Of a stretch of 64,000 bases of DNA, positions 29,634 to 39,387 are shown in pieces. Each line of letters opens with the position of its first letter. Within the stretch, counting starts at the first letter, position 1. The stretch is from assembly GCA_963845245.1 (NCBI GenBank), contig CAWJRJ010000021.1:160001-224000 (forward strand), read 5' to 3'. Origin of the DNA: Nitrospirota bacterium (GTDB lineage Bacteria > Nitrospirota > JACRHJ01). A program made the translations under genes and the position numbers. Below the pieces are notes generated by a model. That model did no database searches and had not been told where the DNA came from. It worked only from the letters and a program-made list of their open reading frames with translations.

Positions 29634-30559
29634 TGGTCAGGACGGAAAACCTGGGCATGGTTTTCAGGGCCGGGTTCAAGAGGCGTAAAGTGACCGCCTT
29701 GAAGGGGCTCGACCTTGAGGTAAAAAAAGGCGAGGTCTTCGGGTTCCTTGGGCCAAACGGTGCCGGAAAGACCACCACGCTAAAGATCCTGATGGGGCTC
29801 ATATACCCGACGTCCGGCAAGGCATGGCTGTTGGGGAAAGAGCTGGGCGACGTGTCCGTCAAGCACAGGCTCGGCTTCCTGCCGGAGCAGCCGTATTTCT
29901 ACGATTACCTTACGGCTTCGGAATTCATGGATTTCTACGGTCGGCTTTTCGGCCTGGGTTCCGGTGAGAGAAAGGCGCGGGCGGCAGAGCTTCTGGCGCT
30001 TGTCGGCCTTGAGCATGCCCGTGACCTGCAGTTGAGGAAATTCTCAAAGGGTATGCTCCAGCGCATAGGCATCGCACAGGCCCTTATAAACGACCCTGAG
30101 CTTGTCGTGTTCGACGAGCCGATGAGCGGGCTCGACCCCGTTGGCCGAAAAGACGTAAAAGACATCATCATACAGCTGAAGGAGCGGGGCAAGACCATTT
30201 TCTTCAGCACACATATACTTCCTGACGTTGAGGTGGTCTGCGACAGGGTCGCTATCCTGGTCAAGGGCGAGCTTCGCGCCATGGGAGCAGTGGGCGAACT
30301 CCTTCAGAGTGTGGTGGCGGCTTCGGTCGAGATGACCTTCGACGGCCTCGCCGGTGCGGACCTTGCGGCTGTCAAGTCCCTCGCGAAGACCTCGTTCGTG
30401 CAGGGCAGCATACAGACGGTTTTTTTCGAAGACGCCGAAAAGGCGAAAGAGGCGAAGGAGATGGTGTTCAAAAGAGGCGGTGAGATCATATCGCTTATCC
30501 CGCACAGGCGCTCTCTCGAGGACATATTCATCGAAGAGGTCAAGAAGGGAAAAGTATGA
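29633..30559 (+). CDS. ABC transporter ATP-binding protein (PilH-like)
   Basis: GPNGAGKTT, FSKGMLQR, DEPMSGLDP, STH. Confidence 0.92.
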   Translation: MVRTENLGMVFRAGFKRRKVTALKGLDLEVKKGEVFGFLGPNGAGKTTTLKILMGLIYPTSGKAWLLGKELGDVSVKHRLGFLPEQPYFYDYLTASEFMDFYGRLFGLGSGERKARAAELLALVGLEHARDLQLRKFSKGMLQRIGIAQALINDPELVVFDEPMSGLDPVGRKDVKDIIIQLKERGKTIFFSTHILPDVEVVCDRVAILVKGELRAMGAVGELLQSVVAASVEMTFDGLAGADLAAVKSLAKTSFVQGSIQTVFFEDAEKAKEAKEMVFKRGGEIISLIPHRRSLEDIFIEEVKKGKV

Positions 30560-31321
30560 AGATATATGCCATCGCCGTAAATACCTTCAAAGAGGCAATA
30601 AGGGACAAGATATTCTATAGCCTCGTGTTCTTTGCCGGACTGATAATAGGCACTTCGATACTGCTGTCGATGCTCACCCTTGGCGAAGGCAGCAAGATCA
30701 TTGCCGACATATCCCTCGCCGGCATCAACTTCTTCGGGGTGATCATATCCATATTCGTCGGCATCGGGCTGGTCTACAAGGAACTCGAGAAAAAGACGAT
30801 CTACACCATCATCTCCAAACCGATAAGGAGGAGCGACTTCCTCCTGGGCAAATACCTGGGCCTTGCGCTTACCCTTCTCGTCTACCTGTCGGTGATGTCG
30901 GCGATATTCCTTGCAGTCCTATACATATACACGGGCTCCCTTGCCTACAGGCTGCTTCTTGTCCGTTGTCCTCATTTATTTCGAACTGTTGATAGTGACC
31001 GCCGCGGCGATACTGTTCTCCACTTTTTCCACCCCGTCCCTCTCGGCTACATACACGCTTGCCATCTACGTAATCGGCCACCTGACCGGCGACCTCAAGG
31101 CGCTTGCGGGGAAAACCGATGCGGCATCCGCGAAAATCGTACTTGACGCCGCGTATTATATACTGCCGAACCTTGAGAACTTCAACATCAAGGGTGAGGT
31201 CGTGCACAACCTCCCCATATCCGGTGTCTATATGCTTCAGGCCATGACGTACGGCGTGCTGTATGTCGTATGCCTCATCGTTATAGCTGTCGTGATATTC
31301 CAGAAGAAGAATTTTAAATGA
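30556..31321 (+). CDS. ABC transporter permease (PilI-like; one frameshift)
   Basis: NTFKEAIRDK, ELEKKTIYTIISKPIRR..FLLGKYLG, YYILPNL. Confidence 0.88.
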
Positions 31322-31346
31322 ACGCGCCCGCGCGCAGGAGAGAAGG

Positions 31347-31943
31347 TTGTCTGACGGCACAGTGATACTGGGAGCGGGCCTTGCGGGGCTTACGGCGGCC
31401 TTTTATCTCCGGAAGGGCTTTGAGGTCTTCGAGGCGTCGGACCGCGCCGGGGGCTGTCCCGATAGCTACGCAGGACAGCTCCTGCACCTCGACGATAAGG
31501 ACGTAAAGGAAATAGTCGAGGGACTTCTCCCCGGTAACCTTAACGGGCACAAGTCCGCCGCCACATGTTCCGAGGTCGGCGTGCAAGCGCTTGTTGACGC
31601 GCTGGTCCAGAGGGTGAAGGCGGTAAGCTACGGCCAGAGGGCGGTGGAGATCGACCCCGCACGGAAAACGGTGGTATTCGGGACAGGGTACACCGCATGG
31701 TACGACAACCTGATATCCACGATACCGTTGCCGGAACTCATAAAGATAATCAAGGACGTGCCCGGCGACATCGCCGATGCCGCCGCGAAACTCGGCCCCC
31801 ACTCAACGGATGCTCTACCGGGAATCATGGACTACCTTAATTCAAAATGCATTATAAGCATAGGCCGCTTTGGGGCCTGGGACGATTCGGGATTGGAGGA
31901 CGCGATCATGGACGGCAGAAACGCGGCAGTTGCCATCTCATGA
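31347..31943 (+). CDS. Short FAD-dependent oxidoreductase (HemY/UDP-galactopyranose mutase-like), internally reduced
   Basis: ILGAGLAGLTAA, E.SDRAGG, YDNLISTIPLP, GRFGAW; only 198 aa. Confidence 0.65.
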   Translation: MSDGTVILGAGLAGLTAAFYLRKGFEVFEASDRAGGCPDSYAGQLLHLDDKDVKEIVEGLLPGNLNGHKSAATCSEVGVQALVDALVQRVKAVSYGQRAVEIDPARKTVVFGTGYTAWYDNLISTIPLPELIKIIKDVPGDIADAAAKLGPHSTDALPGIMDYLNSKCIISIGRFGAWDDSGLEDAIMDGRNAAVAIS

Positions 31944-31989
31944 ACATGTCGGACGAGGCATATCACTGCGGTTTGCCGGGAGGTGCTGC

Positions 31990-33363
31990 ATGAGGGTTTT
32001 GCTGATATCTACCAACAGGGAGGTACTGCCGGACCCGGTCGCGCCTCTTGGGGCGGCATATGTGGGTGCGGCCCTGAAACTGGCCGGGCACGATGTCAGA
32101 CTCCTTGACTTGATGTTCTCTGTGGACCCGGTCACATCCATAAAGGACACATGCAGGACTTTCAAACCCCAGGTTGCTGGCCTTTCCATCCGCAACGTGG
32201 ACAACGTGGCCTTCCCTGAATGTATCTCCTATATCCCGGAGCTTGCCTCGGCCGTAAGGGCACTGAAGGCGTCGGGGGTCCGGTTCATCGTCGCCGGCGG
32301 CTCGGGTTTCACCATCATGCCGAAAGAGATTATGGAGACGCTCGGGCTCAACCTGGGCATCGTCGGCGAGGGCGAGGAGTCATTCCCGGAGCTTCTTAGA
32401 CGTGCCGAAAAGGGCCTGCCGGTTAACAATATACCCGGACTTGCGTACAGGTATGCCGGAAAACTGCATATCAACACCTCCCGGAAGATAGACCGCCTCG
32501 ACCGCTCTCCGATGCCGGACAGAGGCATGCTGGAAAACGCCCTCTACCTGAGCGAGGGCGGCTCGGGCAACCTCCAGACCAAGCGTGGGTGCGCCTACTC
32601 GTGCGTATACTGCACCTATCCCATCGTCGAAGGGAAGAACGTCCGGCTCAAGTCCCCGGCCCTGGCGGCAGCCGAGTTTGAATATGCCGTGAAGGAACAC
32701 GGCCTGAAGCACATATTCATAGTGGACAACGTTTTCAATAACCCCCCGGAGCATGCCAAGTCGTTCTGCCGGGAGCTGATATCAAGAGGCAACACGGCCG
32801 GGTGGAGCTGTTACCTGAACCCGAGGGGAGTGGACGCGGAACTGGTAGGCCTGATGTCCCGCGCCAGGTGCAAGGGCGTCGAGTTCGGCACCGACTCTGC
32901 GGTCGACAGCGTGCTCTCGGAACTTAAAAAGGGCTTCAAGTCAGCAGACATCGTAAATGCGTCAAGGCTATGCACCGAGGCCGGGCTCTCGTTCTGCCAC
33001 AGCCTTCTCTTTGGCGGCCCCGGCGAGACATCCGACACGGTCTCGCGTACACTGGATATTATGGACAGCATAAAGCCCAACGCCGTCATAGGGATGCTTG
33101 GCATCAGGGTATTCCCCGGTACGCCTCTTGCGGCCCTGGCAGATAAAGAAGGTCTCCTGAACGGCCCGCTGGGCCTGGAACCGTTCTTCTATTTCTCGCC
33201 GAAGATGGAAATCGAACCTGTATCGCGGTGCCTTGCATCCTACGGGCGCACGCACACAAACTTCATCATGCCGGGCGTGCACCTGCGCATGACAGACAAG
33301 ATCAGACAGAGGCTCAGGGCCTACGGGTTTTTGGGGCCGCTCTGGGAATACCTGCGGGGTTGA
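31990..33363 (+). CDS. B12-binding radical SAM protein (lipid-biosynthesis type)
   Basis: PVAPLGAAY, SIRNVDN, GGSGF, GEGE, QTKRGCAYSCVYC, FGGPGET; GGGAGG RBS. Confidence 0.88.
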   Translation: MRVLLISTNREVLPDPVAPLGAAYVGAALKLAGHDVRLLDLMFSVDPVTSIKDTCRTFKPQVAGLSIRNVDNVAFPECISYIPELASAVRALKASGVRFIVAGGSGFTIMPKEIMETLGLNLGIVGEGEESFPELLRRAEKGLPVNNIPGLAYRYAGKLHINTSRKIDRLDRSPMPDRGMLENALYLSEGGSGNLQTKRGCAYSCVYCTYPIVEGKNVRLKSPALAAAEFEYAVKEHGLKHIFIVDNVFNNPPEHAKSFCRELISRGNTAGWSCYLNPRGVDAELVGLMSRARCKGVEFGTDSAVDSVLSELKKGFKSADIVNASRLCTEAGLSFCHSLLFGGPGETSDTVSRTLDIMDSIKPNAVIGMLGIRVFPGTPLAALADKEGLLNGPLGLEPFFYFSPKMEIEPVSRCLASYGRTHTNFIMPGVHLRMTDKIRQRLRAYGFLGPLWEYLRG

Positions 33364-34272
33364 GTTTGGGGAAGACGGCTTTCATCTTTCCGGGGCAGGG
33401 TTCCCAGTATGTCGGCATGGGCAAGGGCCTGTGGGACTCGGACGCGGACGTGCGGGATGCCTACCGGGCTGCCTCAGGCGAGGCCGGGTTCGACATTGCC
33501 GCGCTCTCCTTCGAGGGACCCGTTGAAGAGCTCGACCGCGACCTGAACGCCCAGTTGGCCGTATACGTCTGCAACCAGGCCTTTTCGCTTTACGCCGCCA
33601 AGGCTGGTATCGTCCCAGATGTGGTTACCGGATACAGCCTCGGGTTTTACTCCGCGCTCGTCAAGGCAGGGTGCATAGGTTTTCTGGACGGTCTTCGTAT
33701 AGTGAAGACTGCCGGAGAGCTCTGCCTGGCATCTCCTGTCAAAGGTACTATGGGCGCCGTGATCGGCCTTGATGTCAGCGAGGTCGAGTCGGTATGCGAG
33801 CAGGCTTCCGCTTGACGGCGGCGTCTGGGTATCAAACGTAAACGCGGCCAGGCAGGTACTTATATCCGGCAGCGTGGACGGCGTCAAGCGGGCGATCGAT
33901 ATCGCAAAAGAACGCGGGGCCCTTTACGCATACCGTCTGGGTATGGGCGCCGCATACCACACGCCGCTTATGGCAGAGGCCTCTTCACGTTTTAAGGACG
34001 GGTTGTCCCGGTACTGCTTCCTCGACCCGGTGATGCCTCTTATGTCTTACATAGAATCTGAATATATAGGGAGCGGCGCTGGGGCCGCCAACACGCTCGG
34101 CATCCATCTAAAGACACGCGTCCCGTGGAAGGACACCGTACATAGGCTCCTAAAGGACGGTGTCGGCCGTTTCGTAGAGGTCGGGCCCGGGAGCGCATTG
34201 ACCAGGATGGTTCGGTGGAACGACAGGGTGGTGGAGACCGTCTCCCTTGATGAGCGAATGAAAGGCGAGTGA
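33360..34272 (+). CDS. fabD: Malonyl-CoA:ACP transacylase (one frameshift)
   Basis: FIFPGQGSQYVGMG, GYSLG, N...Q.LISG, AYHTPLM, FVEVGPG. Confidence 0.88.
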
Positions 34273-35014
34273 TGGGTGTGCTTGACGGCAGGGTTGTCCT
34301 TGATTACAGGAGGTACGAGAGGTCTTGGGCGCGCCATGGCGCTGCGGTTTATTGCCGAGGGCGCAAGGGTAGCGGTCAGCTATATCAGTGACGACAAGTC
34401 CGCCGCGCTGTTCATGGAAGAAGCCGGCCCGGACATGTGCATCGCCGTGAAGGCCGACGTATCGGATTCCGCACAGGTGCAGTGCGCTTTTTGCGAAGGT
34501 CAAGGAAAAGATAGGCCAGCCGGAGATCCTTGTGAACAACGCAGGCATAATAAAGGACGGCTTCCTCATGCTGATGAGGGAGGAGGACTGGGACGGCGTA
34601 ATCAACGTGAGCCTTAAAGGAGCATTCAACTGCTGCAAGGCGGCCTGCCGCGGCATGGTCGGCGCAAAGTATGGCAGGATAATAAACGTCGTCTCCCCCT
34701 CTGCCATAACGGGCCGGGCCGGACAGACAAACTACTCCGCCGCAAAGGGCGGACTGATATCTCTCACCAAATCCCTGGCACGCGAGCTTGCTCCGTTCGG
34801 CGTGACCGTAAACGCAGTCTCGCCCGGCGTGATCGAGACGGACCTGACCGGCAAGATACCGGACAAGGTCCGGCAGGAACTACTTGACTTCATACCGCTC
34901 GGCCGGTTCGGCAGGCCGGATGAAGTGGCCGAGGCAGTATTGTTCCTCGCATCCAGCGAGGCCAACTATATTACAGGACAGGTTCTATCCGTCGATGGCG
35001 GAATAGCCATGTAA
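34272..35014 (+). CDS. fabG: 3-oxoacyl-ACP reductase (frameshifted)
   Basis: ITGGTRGLG, NNAGI, GQTNYSAAKGG, NAVSPGVIET, IPLGRFG, VDGG. Confidence 0.9.
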
Positions 35015-35109
35015 TTGAGTTCATTTAATAGATTAAAACTTTTTAACTTGATAGGTTATTGCTATTAATGTATATATAATGTAAATTATGCGCGGAATCC
35101 TGCACACCT

Positions 35110-35541
35110 ATGAAAGAGGCCTTTGAAATAATCGCCGCGCTTCCGCACAGGTTCCCATTTATTATGGTCGACCGGGTGTTGGAGGTGGAGCCCGGTAAAA
35201 GGGCCGTTGCGGTAAAGAGGATCACTGCCGACGGATTTTTTTCTGACCGCCTGGGGACGACGGCAGACCTCCTCATCATTGAGGCCATGGCCCAGGTCGG
35301 CGCCCTTGCGTCTGCACCGCAGGAGCAAGGCGGTCCCGAACGTGAGTTGATGCCAGGTTTTCTTGCAGGGCTTGGCGATGTAAAGTTTCTGAAAAGCCCG
35401 CGCGCCGGGGACGTGGTAACCCTGACGCTCGATTTCCAGGCCAGGCTCGGCGGGCTTGTAAGGTTCAAGGGTGTTGCGGAGATAGACGGAGAGAAGGCCG
35501 CAGAGGCGACGCTTACTTTTTCAATCCCGGTGCCGATATGA
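35110..35541 (+). CDS. fabZ: FabZ-like hot-dog fold dehydratase
   Basis: LPHRFPFIMVDRV, IIEAMAQ; the usual GHFP motif is absent. Confidence 0.75.
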   Translation: MKEAFEIIAALPHRFPFIMVDRVLEVEPGKRAVAVKRITADGFFSDRLGTTADLLIIEAMAQVGALASAPQEQGGPERELMPGFLAGLGDVKFLKSPRAGDVVTLTLDFQARLGGLVRFKGVAEIDGEKAAEATLTFSIPVPI

Positions 35542-36380
35542 GCGTAGATATCCAGAGCGAGCTTATAAGCAGCAGGAGCAACAGGGTCGTAAAATACCTG
35601 AAGTCCCTGGGCCTTGCCCGCAACAGGCAGCGGGACGGTCGCTTCCTCATAGAGGGAGTGAGGATAGTCGAGGAGGCCGTTGAGAGGGAAGGCTGCGTCG
35701 AGAAGCTTATAGTGACCCCTCAGGCCCTGCACAACGACAGGGTTGCCGCAATGGTCGAGTCTGCGAACGAGGCAGGCGTCGATATAATGTGGGTTGCGGA
35801 CAGGGTAATGGATTACATATCCGAGACCAAGACCACCCAGGGTATCATGGCACAGGTCAGGCCGGTACAGTTTACGGAGGACGACTTAGAAAAAGGCCAG
35901 ATCCCTATAGTTGTCGTAGCCCACATGCTTCAGGACCCGGGAAACATAGGCACACTCATCAGGGTGGCCGAGGCCGCGGGTATAGGCGGCGTCGTAACGA
36001 CGCCCGGGACGGTCGACTTCTACAACCCCAAGGCCCTGAGGGCCACCATGGGCAGCATCTTCCGTATCCCCTCGATCAAGACCGACAGCCTTGAAGGGTT
36101 CATCGACCGGTTCAAAAAGAAAGGGTACAGGATAGCGGCTGCGATGGTCTCTGTAAAGACCAGGTACTTCGACCTGGACTACTCTGAGCCCACGGTGATA
36201 ATCCTGGGGCAGGAGGGTACCGGGCTCCCTGTCGAGGCATACAACCTCACGGATACCCAGATATCCATCCCGATGGCCACCATGATAGACTCGCTGAACG
36301 TTGCCGGGGCTGCAAGCGTGATCTTGTACGAAGCCGTGCGGCAGAAATACGCGGCAGGCGGAGAAATAACCAAGCGGTAA
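35538..36380 (+). CDS. TrmH/SpoU family RNA 2'-O-methyltransferase
   Basis: QDPGNIGTLIR, KALRATMG, LGQEGTGL, IPM...DSLNVA. Confidence 0.93.
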   Translation: MSVDIQSELISSRSNRVVKYLKSLGLARNRQRDGRFLIEGVRIVEEAVEREGCVEKLIVTPQALHNDRVAAMVESANEAGVDIMWVADRVMDYISETKTTQGIMAQVRPVQFTEDDLEKGQIPIVVVAHMLQDPGNIGTLIRVAEAAGIGGVVTTPGTVDFYNPKALRATMGSIFRIPSIKTDSLEGFIDRFKKKGYRIAAAMVSVKTRYFDLDYSEPTVIILGQEGTGLPVEAYNLTDTQISIPMATMIDSLNVAGAASVILYEAVRQKYAAGGEITKR

Positions 36381-36537
36381 TAGATAGCCGGACTCTCACT
36401 ACCCCCCCAATCCAGTTGAACTTCCCACACATTTCTGGTAATATCTAAAGTTTGAATTTGATGTGTATACGCCTCCATTTTTATGGATTTGTAGTATACT
36501 TGTACAGTAACACGCAAAACGCAAGGAGAAATACGAA

Positions 36538-36855
36538 ATGGGAGTCATGAGTTGGCTGTTGGGGGCGGGATGCGAGGACCTTTCCGCAGAGCAGGTTAAG
36601 CAGATGAAGCAGAACGCCGAGAAGTTTGTATTGGTGGACGTCAGGACGCCTCAAGAACACGCTTCCAGGAAGATAGACGGTTCGAAGCTCATACCGCTAC
36701 AGGAACTTGGTAACAGGTACAACGAGATACCAAAAGACAAAGACGTGGTCATCTACTGTCAGAACGGGATCAGGAGCATCATGGCCTGCCGTATGCTGAA
36801 AAAACTCGGATACTCAAGGGTCAGGAACATGTCAGGCGGCATTAGCCGCTGGTAG
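36538..36855 (+). CDS. Rhodanese-like domain protein
   Basis: LVDVRTPQE, IYCQNGIRS, NMSGGI..W. Confidence 0.9.
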   Translation: MGVMSWLLGAGCEDLSAEQVKQMKQNAEKFVLVDVRTPQEHASRKIDGSKLIPLQELGNRYNEIPKDKDVVIYCQNGIRSIMACRMLKKLGYSRVRNMSGGISRW

Positions 36856-36874
36856 GTCCGGCCCGGGATGTGAG

Positions 36875-38206
36875 ATGCATTTTATAATCATATTCCTTCT
36901 CATATTCTTTACCACACTCTCTCCGCATCATGAATGCCGCGCGGATGAAGTGCCGCTCACGCTCAATGGCTGCATAAAGTCCGCAATAGAGAATAACCGC
37001 GCCTACCTTGCCGAACAGGAAAACACAGCCGCCGCAAAGGAAGGTATCGGCAAGGCGGCATCCGGCTTCCTCCCGAAGGTCGATGTCTCCGAGACCTACA
37101 TGCGCACCGACAACCCCGTCATGGACTTCGGCGCGAAGATCAATCAGGGCGTTTTCACTACCGCCGACCTCAGCAAAGTCAACGACCCGGCACCTATAAA
37201 CAACTTCAACTTCAGGGCGCAGGTAACCCAGCCGATATTCAACGGGGGCAAGGAGTGGGTGGGCCTGAAACGTGCGAAGCTGAACGCAGAGGCCTCAGAG
37301 ATGGGCCTTGAGCGCGCGCGCCAGGACCTCGTATACCGGGTGGTGCAGGCCTATTATGGTGTCCTGCTGGCCGGTGAGTACTGCAAGGTGGCGGAAGCGG
37401 CAGTGAAGGACACGGAAGGCCATGTCCAGACTGCAACCAAGTTTTTTGAGCAGGGGATGCTGCTGGAATCCGAGGTGCTATCCGCAAAGGTACGTCTGGC
37501 CGAGGCCAGGGAGATGCTGGTTCGGGCAAAGAACCGGCTCGACACCGCAAAGGCCGGCTTAAACCTGGTAATGGCGCGCCCACAGGACGCACAGGTTTCT
37601 ATAGGGCAGAAGCTCGAATACCAGGAATTTCCGGGCAGCCTTCCGGAACTCCAGAGGGAGGCCGTGGACGCCCGCCCGGACTTGAAGGGCTCTACACTTA
37701 ACACTAGGAATGCCGAGGCCGGGATAACTCTCGCAAGGACGGACTACCTCCCAAACCTCAATTTCATTGCGCGATACGAGCTGGATGATAAGAACATGTT
37801 TCGCGCCCGGGGCGATTCGTACACCCTGCTGGGCGTCGTCAGCTGGAATTTCTTTGATGGCCTTTTGACCACCTACAGCGTGGGCGAGGCCAAGGCCCGG
37901 CATAATTCTTCCATGCATATGCTCGACCAGATGAGGGAAGAGGTGCTACTGGAGGTCAGGCAGTCATGGAACGCCGTCCAGGAGGCCAGAGAGAGGATCG
38001 ATATATCATCGACATCGGTCAAGGAGGCCGAAGAGAGCTTCAGGATCATTCAGCGCAGGTTTGCATCCGGGCTATCAAAGACGATCGATGTGATGGACGC
38101 GGAAACATCGCTTACCCGCGCCCGGTTGAGCAGGGTACAGGCCCTTTACGACTATAACACAGCCGTAGCGGCCGTTAAATTATCCGTGGGACGGAAGGAA
38201 TACTAA
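36875..38206 (+). CDS. TolC family outer membrane efflux protein
   Basis: Signal peptide and two OEP repeats (FLPKV...QPIFNGG; YLPNL...WNFFDG). Confidence 0.9.
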   Translation: MHFIIIFLLIFFTTLSPHHECRADEVPLTLNGCIKSAIENNRAYLAEQENTAAAKEGIGKAASGFLPKVDVSETYMRTDNPVMDFGAKINQGVFTTADLSKVNDPAPINNFNFRAQVTQPIFNGGKEWVGLKRAKLNAEASEMGLERARQDLVYRVVQAYYGVLLAGEYCKVAEAAVKDTEGHVQTATKFFEQGMLLESEVLSAKVRLAEAREMLVRAKNRLDTAKAGLNLVMARPQDAQVSIGQKLEYQEFPGSLPELQREAVDARPDLKGSTLNTRNAEAGITLARTDYLPNLNFIARYELDDKNMFRARGDSYTLLGVVSWNFFDGLLTTYSVGEAKARHNSSMHMLDQMREEVLLEVRQSWNAVQEARERIDISSTSVKEAEESFRIIQRRFASGLSKTIDVMDAETSLTRARLSRVQALYDYNTAVAAVKLSVGRKEY

Positions 38207-38222
38207 AAAACTTGAGGTCGCA

Positions 38223-39374
38223 ATGAGGAAATTCCTTATCGTGTTTATTCTGGCCGTTGCAGTCTCATTGGCGGCATCATGCGCAAAGGAGCAGCCCAAG
38301 GCACCGGAACAACAGGTACCCGTACCTGTATCCATCGTAACGGCGGCAGTCTCGGACGTACCGGAAACCATAACTTCGGTCGGCACGGTCGAGGCAAAGA
38401 ACGAGGCGGTAGTCTCCGCGAAGGTGATGGGCGTCATACAGAGGTTCTGGGTCGATGAAGGCTCCAGGGTTGGCAAGGGCGGCGTGCTGCTCACCATAGA
38501 CGATGCCGAAATAAAGGCCAAGAGGGTCGAGGCCGAGCAGGCAAAGGCCGAAGGGGTCGCAGCACTGCACGAGGCGGACGCCGCACTGAAGGAGGCGAAG
38601 GCCGCCCTTGAGAATGCCGATATAAACAGGGAGAGGTTTGCAAACCTGTACAAGGAACAGGCTGTTACCAAGAAGGAGCTTGATGACATAGACACCCAGG
38701 GCAGGATGTCCGAGGCGAGGGTCGAGCAGGTGGAGGCCAGAAGAAAACAGGCTGAAGCCAAGATAGCGCAGGCCGACGCGGGAGTATCACAGGCGAATAT
38801 CATGCTCGGGTACACGGTCATTCACTCACCCATTTCCGGTGTGGTAACGGCCAAGACGGCCAATACGGGAGAGATGGCATCACCGGGGAGGCCGCTATTA
38901 AAGGTTGTCGATGACGGCGAACTGAGGCTCCTTGCGACTGTCAAGGAAAGCGACATGGCCGGGATGGTAAAGGGCAATACGGTAAAGGTCGGGTTCGACG
39001 CGCTTTCCGGCAAACAGATCAGCGGCAGTATCTCAGAAGTAATACCCGCAGCCGATCCTGCCACAAGGACGTTCAACGTAAAGATACACCTTCCCCGTAC
39101 GCCAGGTCTTCTGCCCGGCATGTTCGGGAGGGCGTACCTGCCGTCTGGCATGCGAAAAGCCGTGCTGGTCCCCGACGCCTCGATAGTCGGTCGTGAAGGC
39201 GTGCAGGGTGTGTTTGTGGTTACGCCCGATAACACGCTGCGTTTTCAGGTAGTGAGGCTAGGCGAAAATAACAACGGCATGACGGAGGTCAGCTCCGGGC
39301 TGTCCGGCGGCGAGACCGTTGTTGCCGGCAATACCGGCAGCCTGAAAGAAGGCGTGAAGGTCGTCAGGAAGTAA
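38223..39374 (+). CDS. RND periplasmic adaptor lipoprotein
   Basis: Lipobox AASC, lipoyl halves, coiled coil, IHSPISGVV, DPATRT, PGMFGR. Confidence 0.92.
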   Translation: MRKFLIVFILAVAVSLAASCAKEQPKAPEQQVPVPVSIVTAAVSDVPETITSVGTVEAKNEAVVSAKVMGVIQRFWVDEGSRVGKGGVLLTIDDAEIKAKRVEAEQAKAEGVAALHEADAALKEAKAALENADINRERFANLYKEQAVTKKELDDIDTQGRMSEARVEQVEARRKQAEAKIAQADAGVSQANIMLGYTVIHSPISGVVTAKTANTGEMASPGRPLLKVVDDGELRLLATVKESDMAGMVKGNTVKVGFDALSGKQISGSISEVIPAADPATRTFNVKIHLPRTPGLLPGMFGRAYLPSGMRKAVLVPDASIVGREGVQGVFVVTPDNTLRFQVVRLGENNNGMTEVSSGLSGGETVVAGNTGSLKEGVKVVRK

Positions 39375-39387
39375 ACGGGGCCAATAA

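Noticed and set aside
33800..33830. TGA in fabD (and in pilR at about 25267) as selenocysteine or readthrough
   Set aside because: The protein continues in a different frame, so these are indels and not recoded stops.
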